Shown: piece after piece, positions 25,528-33,817 of the stretch
Position numbering within the stretch: the first letter of the stretch is position 1
Layout of the letters: each line of letters begins with the position of its first letter
Origin: Candidatus Micrarchaeota archaeon
Lineage (GTDB): Archaea; Micrarchaeota; Micrarchaeia; Anstonellales; Anstonellaceae
Direction: 5' to 3'
DNA length: 64,000 bases
Assembly: GCA_026414185.1 (NCBI GenBank)
Contig: JAOAJL010000002.1
Span: 11,075 to 75,074, forward strand
Translations under genes and position numbers: made by a program
Notes under the pieces: generated by a model
Databases searched by the model: none
What the model saw: only the letters and a program-made list of their open reading frames with translations
What the model was told of the DNA's origin: nothing

Positions 25528-26052
25528 CTAATTCTCAAAAACTGCGGCAAGGGCGAAAATCTGGAAGGTGAAGGCGGCAAGCGTCTCAAAAAGCGGGGCG
25601 TTCCAGCCCGCCAGCTCAGCAACCGCAAGACAGGAGGCTGCCAGGGCATGAAAAGAGCCTAACAGAGCCGACGGCGTCCTCATCTTCCTTTCAACCGCCC
25701 ATAAGAGGGCTTGTAGTCCGCCGAAGACAAAAAAAGCCGCCGAAGCCACAAAATGGAGGGAGTGCGGGCTTCCCTCCGGAAACAGTCCGACCAGCAAAAG
25801 CGCCGCGCCGCAAAGGATTCCGAGGGGCTTTTTGCCGAGCAGATAAAATACAGCAGCCAGCGCGCAGCCTGCGATTGCGCAGCCGAGGTTGAAGTAGATG
25901 GCGGAAGGCGAAAGCGGGGCTCCCAGGTCGGAAAGGTAGTTTTCAAGCAGCCTGAATTTTTGGTTTGCTGAAATTGCCTGCGCAAGAAGAAAATTGAACG
26001 CGACAAATCCCGCCACCGCTATGCCAGCCGCAAGCCGCCCTGCCTTTGCCAC
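25528..26052 (-). CDS. polytopic membrane protein (DUF998-like)
   Basis: 174 aa, about 6 hydrophobic helices, YLSDLG motif after the first helix. Confidence 0.6.
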   Translation of the reverse strand: MAKAGRLAAGIAVAGFVAFNFLLAQAISANQKFRLLENYLSDLGAPLSPSAIYFNLGCAIAGCALAAVFYLLGKKPLGILCGAALLLVGLFPEGSPHSLHFVASAAFFVFGGLQALLWAVERKMRTPSALLGSFHALAASCLAVAELAGWNAPLFETLAAFTFQIFALAAVFEN

Positions 26053-26069
26053 AGCTGGTTTTCTTGCGG

Positions 26070-26083
26070 TATTTTTTTAAATT
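26070..26083 (+). promoter_or_regulatory. TATA-like box for tRNA-Gly(GCC)
   Basis: TATTTTTTTAAATT centred about 30 nt upstream of the tRNA 5' end (26107). Confidence 0.55.
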
Positions 26084-26106
26084 GAAGGAGCAAAATTAAG
26101 CCTGCT

Positions 26107-26236
26107 GCGACCGTAGTCTAGCCTGGTTAGGATTCGAGATTGCCAGGGCTGGCAGGCAGTTTTTTGCGGAATCGGCCGCAAGAATCTCGCGAGCCGGGTT
26201 CAAATCCAGAATTTGGTGAAAATCCCGGCGGTCGCA
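26107..26236 (+). tRNA. tRNA-Gly (anticodon GCC) with two introns (38 nt at 37/38; 18 nt in T-loop)
   Basis: GCGACCG-TA-GTCT-AGCCTGGTTA-GGAT-T-CGAGA-TTGCCA-[38-nt intron 26146-26183]-A-TCTCG-CGAG-CCGGG-[TTCAAATCCAGAATTTGGTGAAAAT, 26199-26223]-CCCGG-CGGTCGC-A. The intron contains TGGCA, complementary to the anticodon-loop TGCCA (BHB-like). Confidence 0.85.
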
Positions 26237-26270
26237 TTGCACTGTGCCCTTTTGCTCCAGCGCAAGCAAT

Positions 26271-26283
26271 CATTTTAATATTC
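26271..26283 (+). promoter_or_regulatory. TATA-like box of the prepilin-like operon (leaderless first gene)
   Basis: CATTTTAATATTC centred about 27 nt upstream of ATG 26304. Confidence 0.5.
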
Positions 26284-26303
26284 TATTTGGGTATTTCTCA
26301 AAC

Positions 26304-26966
26304 ATGGGCAAAGAGGGTTTTATCTTCTCGCTTGACGCCTTCGTGGCTTTCACCCTCATCATGATGACAATAGGGCTTCTGATTTTCACGATAGGAACTC
26401 CAAAGCCCTACTACCCGTCCCTTGAACAGACGCACCAGCTTGCGCACGACACCCTGCGGGTGCTTGCCACAAGCTCGGACAGCCCATCAAACCCGACTTA
26501 TCTTGAGCAGATAATAGGCAGAAGCGGCTTGCCGGTCAATGAGATAATGTATCGCGTGGCAGGGGGCAGGGAAACATCCGCGGAGGGCGGAGGGGTGCGA
26601 TACCGCCCCATCATCCCGAAAGGCTATGGCTTCCGGCTGGAAACCTACGAATTTGGCGCATTCCCCTCCGAGAAGCAAAGGTGGGTTGTGCTTTATGACT
26701 CAAGCGAGGATGTGCTTTCCGACAGATACGGAAAGAAATTTTCAAAGGTCCAGGCATCCGCAACCGCCTTCGGCTCAATATACGCAGTTGCGCCGTTCCA
26801 GGGCAAATCCCCCTTCTGCTACCTCTCTTGCAACGGCTTTGACCCTTCCAACCCGCCCTCGTACAACCTCGTGCCGTGCAACGCAACTCCCTGCGACTTT
26901 CCCATTTCAAATTTCATGGCTGGCAAAAACACCATCCAGCTTGTAAGGTTCGTGGTTTATGCGTGA
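26304..26966 (+). CDS. prepilin-like protein 1 (class III signal peptide), 220 aa
   Basis: Start ATG 26304. N-terminus MGKEG/FIFSLDAFVAFTLIMMTIGLLIFTI. The mature part is unrecognised and has 4 Cys near the C-terminus. Confidence 0.7.
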   Translation: MGKEGFIFSLDAFVAFTLIMMTIGLLIFTIGTPKPYYPSLEQTHQLAHDTLRVLATSSDSPSNPTYLEQIIGRSGLPVNEIMYRVAGGRETSAEGGGVRYRPIIPKGYGFRLETYEFGAFPSEKQRWVVLYDSSEDVLSDRYGKKFSKVQASATAFGSIYAVAPFQGKSPFCYLSCNGFDPSNPPSYNLVPCNATPCDFPISNFMAGKNTIQLVRFVVYA

Positions 26967-28644
26967 TTTGATGAAACCAAAACTCCGCCCCGGATGCATG
27001 CGCGGCTTTTTCTTCACAGTCATGGCGCTTGCTCTCCTTTCCTTCATGCTGCTAAGCGTGCAGCTTTGGGTGCGGACATTTGAGCAGTCGGACGCGCGCG
27101 CTTCACAGCGCTTCAAAGGCGAGGCGATGAGGATTGTACTTTCCTCCATCTCTGACAAGGCAATCTCTGATTTTGCAAATGCCTCTGCCTTCTATGCTCT
27201 ACACAGGCTTGTCAATTACTCCGCATACGAAGGGCTTGCGCAGGCGGATTCCTCAGACCCGCGCAACAACGGCACGGGGATGGTGGAGAAAGGCGTCTAT
27301 CTGCTTATGAGGAACGGCACCTTTGCCGCCGGCTCAAAGGACATAGTCTATACCACTGAGGAGATGGAAGCTTACACATTCGCCGCGTGGCAGAAGAGGA
27401 TTCGCTCCGCGGCAAATGTCCTTGGCTTCAACGCAAGCTTCTCCGAGCCCAGAAACTTCTCCTTTAGGCAGATTGACCACTGGACAGCAGGGGTTTCCTT
27501 CCAGATGGACATGGACATAACGGACTTCGCAGGGACAATGCGCCAAAACAAGACACTATACGCCAACGCCACCATCAGCCTCAGCGGTTTTCTTGACCCA
27601 TATATATTCCGCAACGACATGCGCCAGCGGGTTCCCGCGCCTGCGCCGACCGCGGTTGCTCAAAGGCAGGTTTTCAGGAATCCGAAATACAACTCTGCCT
27701 CTGATGTTGCGCCTCGGCTTGTGGTTGACCAGTTCGGCTCCGACGGAGAGGGCTATGGGTGGTTCTACGGACCGATAACAAACCAGTATCCAGACCAGAT
27801 AAACGAGTCTGCTTTGGGCAAGCTCTCCCAATACATCCTTGTCCATGGCTGGGATGACAGCCTTCCGGTCTACGCGGACTTGTATGGCGCCGTGATAGTG
27901 ACCGACCCGCCGGTCTGGGTGGATGGAGGCACAGAAACGATAGGCAACTGCGTCTACAACGTTTCCACCCAAAGCCGCTGCCTCAACTGCATCCGCCGAT
28001 ACGTCCCTACAACAGCGGGCTGCCCGAACAGGCCAGATGAGATTCTCTCGGAGAACAGAACGGACAAGCCGATGATAGTGGTGACAAGAAGCGCCACTGA
28101 TGAAAACTGGCTGGATTCTATCCCATGGGTCTACAGGGCAGGGCTGCCCTCCCCCGAAGACAGGCAGAAGTTTGTCCTCATTGACAACGAATACGCCCTC
28201 CCAGAGCAAAAGCTCTTTGGCAGCCACAGGCTCTATGACATAACTGCCCTGCGCGACATGGCAATATGCGGTTTTTACGTCCCATCGGAGCAGGCTCCAT
28301 CCTTCTTCCAGCGCATGCTCGCCTTCCCTCCTTCCGAAAGCTCGCATCCCCTCGGGATTGAAACCTTTGTGGTGGGGCAGTGGGCTGGGGGGAAGCTTGA
28401 CCAGTCGCATGACGGGCTTTCTCGCCTTGACTGGGAATTTTATTCCGCACAAGCGCCAGCCACGCAGCCGGCAAGGATAAAGGGTATGCCTGGATGCAAA
28501 AGCGTCCAGATGTGCGACATTTCCAACACGGAGCCGGTCAAAGAAGGGGTGGGCAAGTTCCGGCTTTCCATCGATGCCATAAAAAGATACGGGGTTGGGA
28601 AAATAGCATGCAACAGCCAGAATTCCGCCCCATGCGACAAGTGA
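26959..28644 (+). CDS. large prepilin-like protein 2 (561 aa), candidate pilus tip/adhesin subunit
   Basis: ATG overlaps the gene 1 stop by 8 nt. N-terminus ...PGCMRG/FFFTVMALALLSFMLLSVQLWV. Many N-x-S/T sequons and a Cys cluster (GNCVYNVSTQSRCLNCIRRYVPTTAGCPN). The competing antisense ORF is rejected. Confidence 0.75.
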   Translation: MRDLMKPKLRPGCMRGFFFTVMALALLSFMLLSVQLWVRTFEQSDARASQRFKGEAMRIVLSSISDKAISDFANASAFYALHRLVNYSAYEGLAQADSSDPRNNGTGMVEKGVYLLMRNGTFAAGSKDIVYTTEEMEAYTFAAWQKRIRSAANVLGFNASFSEPRNFSFRQIDHWTAGVSFQMDMDITDFAGTMRQNKTLYANATISLSGFLDPYIFRNDMRQRVPAPAPTAVAQRQVFRNPKYNSASDVAPRLVVDQFGSDGEGYGWFYGPITNQYPDQINESALGKLSQYILVHGWDDSLPVYADLYGAVIVTDPPVWVDGGTETIGNCVYNVSTQSRCLNCIRRYVPTTAGCPNRPDEILSENRTDKPMIVVTRSATDENWLDSIPWVYRAGLPSPEDRQKFVLIDNEYALPEQKLFGSHRLYDITALRDMAICGFYVPSEQAPSFFQRMLAFPPSESSHPLGIETFVVGQWAGGKLDQSHDGLSRLDWEFYSAQAPATQPARIKGMPGCKSVQMCDISNTEPVKEGVGKFRLSIDAIKRYGVGKIACNSQNSAPCDK

Positions 28645-28648
28645 TTTG

Positions 28649-29068
28649 ATGAGAGAGAAAAAGGGCCAGTCCGCAACAGAGCTTCTGGTGCTTGCAGGGT
28701 TCTCAGTAGCCTTCATCCTGCCGCTTGTCTTCCTTTTCATGTCATCCTCCAACTCCGAGCTTGGCAAGACGGCATTTTCCCAGGCAAAAGCAACGACAAG
28801 AACCATCGCAGATGAGGCGGGCGAAATCTACCTTCAAGGATACGGCGCAAAAAAGACAATACTGGTCAATTATCCCCAAGGCGTAATAAACGGCTCGGCG
28901 GAAAACGGCGTGGTTGCCCTTACTGTTGATGCGGACGGCAGGCGGGTGGATGTCCTGTCTGCCACCTTTGCTCCTCTCAAAGGGAACCTGAGCGGAAGAA
29001 GGACCGCCGGCCTGCAGAGGATAAAGATTGAAAACATGGGAGACTATGTCAATGTCACATACGGCTGA
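28649..29068 (+). CDS. prepilin-like protein 3, 139 aa
   Basis: ATG 4 nt after the gene 2 stop. MREKKG/QSATELLVLAGFSVAFILPLVFLF, with Glu at +5 as in type IV pilins. Confidence 0.75.
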   Translation: MREKKGQSATELLVLAGFSVAFILPLVFLFMSSSNSELGKTAFSQAKATTRTIADEAGEIYLQGYGAKKTILVNYPQGVINGSAENGVVALTVDADGRRVDVLSATFAPLKGNLSGRRTAGLQRIKIENMGDYVNVTYG

Positions 29069-29615
29069 GCGCCCGGCAGATGAATTGCGCGCCAGACGCA
29101 CCATTGGCGGTGCGAAAGGGCAGGCGGCAGTGGAAGTCCTATCCTACGCCAGCTTTTTCCTCCTTGGCTTTGTGGTGGCAACCGCAGTCTTCTTTCAGAT
29201 GCAGTCAATTGAGATTTCACGCGCAGAGCATTCCTTTGCGCAGGAGATAGCCTATGAGCTTGCAGACCACATCCACACCGCCTTTGTCGCAGGCCCTGGC
29301 TTTGTTCAGAACGTCACGCTTCCCTCCGATATACTTGGCAAGCCCTACCGGATATCAATAAGCAGAAAGCCATCTACGATGGCGCTGGTGCCGGAAACAG
29401 GCTTTGTCTATGTGGAATGGATGGGGCCGTCGCAAAACTCAAGTTTTTCCGCCCCGACCATCACTTCCTCATATTCTCTTGTTTCCTACTCCGGCTTCAT
29501 AGAGACAAACGCAGAGACGGGATTTATAGAAATAAACCCCGCAGGCTACCCCGGCGGCAGGCCGACCATAAGGATGGAAAACATGAACGGCACAATCAGG
29601 ATTTCAAAGGGATGA
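29046..29615 (+). CDS. prepilin-like protein 4, about 189 aa
   Basis: ATG 29046 or 29052 overlaps the gene 3 end. ...RTIGGAKG/QAAVEVLSYASFFLLGFVVATAVFF, with Glu at +5. Confidence 0.7.
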   Translation: MSMSHTAERPADELRARRTIGGAKGQAAVEVLSYASFFLLGFVVATAVFFQMQSIEISRAEHSFAQEIAYELADHIHTAFVAGPGFVQNVTLPSDILGKPYRISISRKPSTMALVPETGFVYVEWMGPSQNSSFSAPTITSSYSLVSYSGFIETNAETGFIEINPAGYPGGRPTIRMENMNGTIRISKG

Positions 29616-30136
29616 GCATGAGAGGGCAGTATTTTTCATTTGACGCGATTATCGCAACAGTCATCATGGTTATCGCCATGACTTCGCTTGTTTCCTACTG
29701 GTTTGGCACCCAGTCGGTAATAGAGTCCCGCCTGCACTCCCTATATTCGGACGCATCCCGCATTGCAGAATCGCTGCTTTCGCCAGGCTCACCGCCAGAC
29801 TGGGAGAAGCAGGAGTTATACGCTGCAAAGCAGATAGGGCTCTGCTCGGACTTCTCAGGCAAGCTTTCAAAAGAAAAGCTTGAGAGGATGAAGCGGCTCA
29901 TAGGGATAGGCTATTCATCCGCGGGCGATTTTGAGCAAAACTATGCCGAGATTGGCAGGCTTCTGAGGGCAGGCGGCAACTACCTTGTTGTGATTGAGCA
30001 GACTGATGATGCAAGCGGCGTGCTTTACGAATTCGGCAAGCGCTATCCGCAGAACGCGACTGAGGTTGCAGTTGCCCATCGCGGAGCGACCCTTGACGGA
30101 AAGCCGATGCGGATGCGCGTCTTTTTGTGGAGATAA
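29612..30136 (+). CDS. prepilin-like protein 5, 174 aa
   Basis: ATGA start/stop overlap with gene 4. MSMRG/QYFSFDAIIATVIMVIAMTSLVSYWF. The track ORF from 29417 is an in-frame upstream extension inside gene 4. Confidence 0.7.
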   Translation: MSMRGQYFSFDAIIATVIMVIAMTSLVSYWFGTQSVIESRLHSLYSDASRIAESLLSPGSPPDWEKQELYAAKQIGLCSDFSGKLSKEKLERMKRLIGIGYSSAGDFEQNYAEIGRLLRAGGNYLVVIEQTDDASGVLYEFGKRYPQNATEVAVAHRGATLDGKPMRMRVFLWR

Positions 30137-30143
30137 GGCAGCG

Positions 30144-30485
30144 CTACATGAGGGGCGAGAATTCCAAGCGGTGCACTCTGCTCCTGAATTTGTTCCTCAA
30201 AGCCTCCTTCTCACTCTGGTTTGTCGCCTTGTTGATTCGCGCGACTTCATGAAGGTCAATCTTGAGGTAGTCTGCCGCAAGCCCTACCTGCCCCGTGGCT
30301 TCCCATCTTTTCATAGCGCACTCAAGGGCAAGTGAGGAATCGGGGTCAAGCCTCTTTCTCGCGTAGTAGCTTAGCGCTTCCTGCGGGTTGCGGGCAAACC
30401 TCTTGACTATGCTCTTTTGCTTGACAGGCACCATAAGGTTAAGCCCGCTTACCACCAGCCTTATGCTCCTGTAATGCGCCATCAT
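30144..30485 (-). CDS. small hypothetical protein, possible helix-turn-helix
   Basis: 113 aa. ATGQVGLAADYLKIDLHEVARINKA looks HTH-like. Its 3' end is 8 nt from the end of the pilin-like operon (convergent). Confidence 0.5.
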   Translation of the reverse strand: MMAHYRSIRLVVSGLNLMVPVKQKSIVKRFARNPQEALSYYARKRLDPDSSLALECAMKRWEATGQVGLAADYLKIDLHEVARINKATNQSEKEALRNKFRSRVHRLEFSPLM

Positions 30486-30611
30486 CCAAATTCCCCCGTC
30501 AATTCCGTGTTCAATTGTAAATATTCATGTTTTTAAATATTTCAAATAATCCCTCTGCCTTCTGCCCTGAAAAAAAGCTACCATTAAATATCCTGCCTGC
30601 CCTTTTTTGTC

Positions 30612-32027
30612 ATGAATCTCTCAGACATTTCCTCTACTGCCGACGTGCGCATACCATCCGATCCTCTTCTGCAGGTGATTGGACAGGACGAAGCGGTGAG
30701 GATTGGCAGGCTGGTCGGCTTTCAGAGGCGCCATCTTCTCCTTGTAGGTCCCCCCGGCACGGGAAAGTCAATGCTTGCGCAGGCGATTGCCTCCACTCTT
30801 CCAAAGCCAAGGCAAGAGGTGCTGGTGCTCCACAACCCGGAAAAGCCAGAGCGCCCCCTCATAGAAATACGGACACACCCAGTAAAAAAAACACTGAAGC
30901 AGCCGCAAGGGGAGCTTCTTGACCCGATGATGGTGCCTGCCTTTGTCTCCGAGAAGCTCGGATTTCGGTGCCGCCGCTGCGGCAGGATTTCTTCACCTGA
31001 TGCGTCCTCGTGCTTCTTTTGCGGCGCAGACAAATACAGGCGCATAAGAGGAACCTTTGAGGACCTGCTTGTCGGTCCGGGGGCATTTGACAAAGAAGAG
31101 CGCGTGCACACAACCCGCATTCGCGACGGGCGAGAGGAGCTGATTGTCTATGAGCGCAGGGGCAGCCGGATAGCCCTTCTGACCCAAAAAGAGCTTGCAA
31201 AGATGGCGCAGATGCAGCAGAAGGCGGCATACAAGGTCCTTCTCCCCATTGACCGCTCCCCTTTCGTTCAGGCGACAGGCGCTTCTGAAACCGAGCTTTT
31301 GGGCGATGTGCGCCACGACCCCTACGGTTCGCACCCGCAGATAGGCTCCCTGCCCTACACCCGCGTTGTGCCAGGCGCCATCCACGAGGCGCACGAGGGC
31401 GTGCTCTTCATAGACGAGCTTTCCTCGCTTGGCAGGCTGCAGCGCTATCTTCTTACCGCCATGCAGGACAAGCGCTATCCGATAGCGGGGCGCAACCAGT
31501 CCTCAACAGGCTCCTCAGTGCGCGTTGATGGGGTGCCGTGCGACTTCATCCTCGTCGCCGCGGTCAATTTCAACGATGTTCCGAATATCCTTCCACCCCT
31601 CAGGAGCCGGATCCTCGGGAACGGCTATGAGATTCTGATGAACAGCTACATGCCCGACACAGAGGAAAACCAGCTCAAGCTTGTCCAGTTTTTTGCCCAG
31701 GAGATAGTGCGCGACGGCAGGATTCCGCATGCGGAAAGGGAGGCGATAGAAGCGCTTATCAGCTATGCAAGAAAGAAGGCAAAGGAGATAGACGGGGTTT
31801 CAGGGCTCACCCTGCGCCTCAGGCTTCTTTCAGGCACTATAAAGATGGCAGGCGATCTGGCAGTTTCCGAAAAGCGGAACATGATAAGCGCAGAGGACGT
31901 CAAGTTTGCAATAGCAAACTCAAAGCCAGTTGAGGAGCAGGCGTCTGAAAAATACGGAAGCTGGTTCAAGGCAAGCCAGTCCGACTTCGGCTTCAAGCGA
32001 GAGGCTGGCGGAAGCGAGGTCGGCTAA
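30612..32027 (+). CDS. LonB-like AAA+ ATPase lacking membrane hairpin and protease domain, with Zn-ribbon insert
   Basis: VIGQDEAVRIGRLVGFQRRHLLLVGPPGTGKSMLAQAIA, LGDVRHDPYGS, GVLFIDELSSL, LLTAMQDKRYPIAG, VPCDFILVAAVN and LRSRILGNGYEI match the archaeal LonB ATPase module. CRRCGRISSPDASSCFFCG sits where LonB has its TM hairpin. The protein ends about 30 aa after the AAA lid. TATA-like box about 25 nt upstream of the ATG. Confidence 0.75.
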   Translation: MNLSDISSTADVRIPSDPLLQVIGQDEAVRIGRLVGFQRRHLLLVGPPGTGKSMLAQAIASTLPKPRQEVLVLHNPEKPERPLIEIRTHPVKKTLKQPQGELLDPMMVPAFVSEKLGFRCRRCGRISSPDASSCFFCGADKYRRIRGTFEDLLVGPGAFDKEERVHTTRIRDGREELIVYERRGSRIALLTQKELAKMAQMQQKAAYKVLLPIDRSPFVQATGASETELLGDVRHDPYGSHPQIGSLPYTRVVPGAIHEAHEGVLFIDELSSLGRLQRYLLTAMQDKRYPIAGRNQSSTGSSVRVDGVPCDFILVAAVNFNDVPNILPPLRSRILGNGYEILMNSYMPDTEENQLKLVQFFAQEIVRDGRIPHAEREAIEALISYARKKAKEIDGVSGLTLRLRLLSGTIKMAGDLAVSEKRNMISAEDVKFAIANSKPVEEQASEKYGSWFKASQSDFGFKREAGGSEVG

Positions 32028-33796
32028 ATCTTCCCAAGCGCCCATACAAGCAGCAGCGCGCTTGCAATCAGGATGAGCGGCAGGACAAGCCTCAGAAGCG
32101 CAACGACAGCGTTGATGGTTGAAGTTATTTCTGCAGACTGGCCTGCTCCAAACACCTTTATCCTGAACCTCTCCTCAGCAGAGCCAAACCGCACCTTTTC
32201 AAGCCGCCGCATTGCATCGTAAAACATCCTGCGCACAGCAAGGCAGACATCCCCCCTGCCTTCGCTTCCGAGGGGGTTGAGCACTCCCCGAATGGTGTTT
32301 ATCTGGTGGGTGTCGGTCGTCATCACTTCCCCTTGGCAATCAAAGCCGCACTCGCTGCCAAGCTGCGCAAGAAGCTCGTTGAGCTCTTCGCGAAAAGAGG
32401 GGATTATCCCGTTTGCATCCACAAGAAGGACGGCGCGCATTTTCTTCCCCTTGGCAAACAGGGCAAGCTTCAGTCCGCTTCTTCCAAGCGTTTCCGATTT
32501 GAGGGCGGCGCTTGCACAGCCAAAGAGAAACCTCTCCTGCCTGTCTTGTAGCGAAAAGAGCTTCTCGGTCGCATCCAGCATCTCAAAGCCGATTGGAGAG
32601 CCAACCTCAACAGAGGAGATGTCGCCCGTTTCAGCGTTGTGCTCATCAACCACACAGGCGCTTGCGCAGTGCCTCTTTGCCTTCTCAATGAGGGCAAGCC
32701 CCAGCCCAAAATTCACATCCTCAGTCGTCCTCGGCGCTCTGGTGTAGGAGATGAACGCCGAGTCGTTTATGCGAAGGGCAGAGGCCCTGACGCTTCCGAA
32801 GCGGCAGGAGGGAAAAGAAATCCTCGCATCCGAAAGTTTCAGCCTTGAAATTGCCCTCTTGCACGCAAGGACGACCTTCTCTATTTCCTTTGAGGAAACC
32901 GGGTTGAAGTCGTGGGTGGTGGTGCCGTGGAAGACGAACACCTCGCAGCCATTTCCTGAAAGCGCCTGCGAAATCTGCCAGGTAAACTCGCTTCCGCCAA
33001 GATTTCCGAAAGGCCCGTAGTGGATGTAGGGCACCACAAAAAGCGCCCTGTTTTTCCTCCCCTCAAAGCTCCCAATCCAAACTATGGTTTCCACTTCCTC
33101 CCCAATCTCCTCAAAAGCCTCTTCCAGGTCCTTCTCCCCGTAGAGCCACTGGGAAAGGAACATGGAAAGGGCATCAAGGGAGGAAATCCGCAGGTTCTTC
33201 TTCATCGGAGCGGAGATTATGAAGAAAAGCACATAAAGTGCGGTAAGAAAGACAAAGGAGGCAAGATAGAGCTTTATCAGAAGCTCAGCCGGCTTGGCAA
33301 CTCCCTCAAATCCCCCGCCCCCAAGCAGGAACACGGCGAAAAGAATCATCTGCATAGTGGAAAACAAAAACGCGCTTTTCCGAAAGTCAAACGCAACCAA
33401 AAGGACGAAATACCAAAACACGAAGGCGATGCCGAACCCTATGAAAACGAGGCTTGCCGAGCCGCTCCAGTGCGGAGAGAGAAGCTCGGAGGCAAGGTAA
33501 AACGAGCCGTAGATGACAGCGCTTAGAAAACTAAGAAAGGCTGCGCGTCGGAATACTGCCTTCCTCCTCATCAGAAAAAGGCACAGCGAGGAAAGTATGG
33601 CTGGAAAGCCAAGCAGGAAAATCCCTCTCACCCCGCCTGTAAAGAGGGCGAACGGCTCCGCTCCCCCGCCCACAAGGGACAAAAGCACGCCGAAAAGAAA
33701 CGAAACCGCGAATATCGCAAAGAGGGTTTTGGCAGGGTGCGGAAGCGAAACGAAATAGCGTGTCATTTTCAGCGCTTCCTTTTTTGCCTCCTGCAT
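32024..33796 (-). CDS. large membrane protein: N-terminal polytopic domain plus C-terminal soluble domain and terminal TM (possibly DUF2070 family)
   Basis: 590 aa, about 7 N-terminal helices, soluble region about 230-560, final hydrophobic helix. Family assignment is from memory of the architecture only. The 3' end overlaps the LonB-like gene by 4 nt. Confidence 0.6.
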   Translation of the reverse strand: MQEAKKEALKMTRYFVSLPHPAKTLFAIFAVSFLFGVLLSLVGGGAEPFALFTGGVRGIFLLGFPAILSSLCLFLMRRKAVFRRAAFLSFLSAVIYGSFYLASELLSPHWSGSASLVFIGFGIAFVFWYFVLLVAFDFRKSAFLFSTMQMILFAVFLLGGGGFEGVAKPAELLIKLYLASFVFLTALYVLFFIISAPMKKNLRISSLDALSMFLSQWLYGEKDLEEAFEEIGEEVETIVWIGSFEGRKNRALFVVPYIHYGPFGNLGGSEFTWQISQALSGNGCEVFVFHGTTTHDFNPVSSKEIEKVVLACKRAISRLKLSDARISFPSCRFGSVRASALRINDSAFISYTRAPRTTEDVNFGLGLALIEKAKRHCASACVVDEHNAETGDISSVEVGSPIGFEMLDATEKLFSLQDRQERFLFGCASAALKSETLGRSGLKLALFAKGKKMRAVLLVDANGIIPSFREELNELLAQLGSECGFDCQGEVMTTDTHQINTIRGVLNPLGSEGRGDVCLAVRRMFYDAMRRLEKVRFGSAEERFRIKVFGAGQSAEITSTINAVVALLRLVLPLILIASALLLVWALGKI

Positions 33797-33817
33797 CCAT
33801 TCACCGCAAAAAGCAGC

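Noticed and set aside
27556-28806. 416-aa minus-strand ORF opposite prepilin-like gene 2
   Set aside because: It is Arg/Gly/Pro/Ala/Val-rich with no recognisable start context. The plus-strand ORF has a class III signal-like N-terminus and start/stop coupling with both neighbours.
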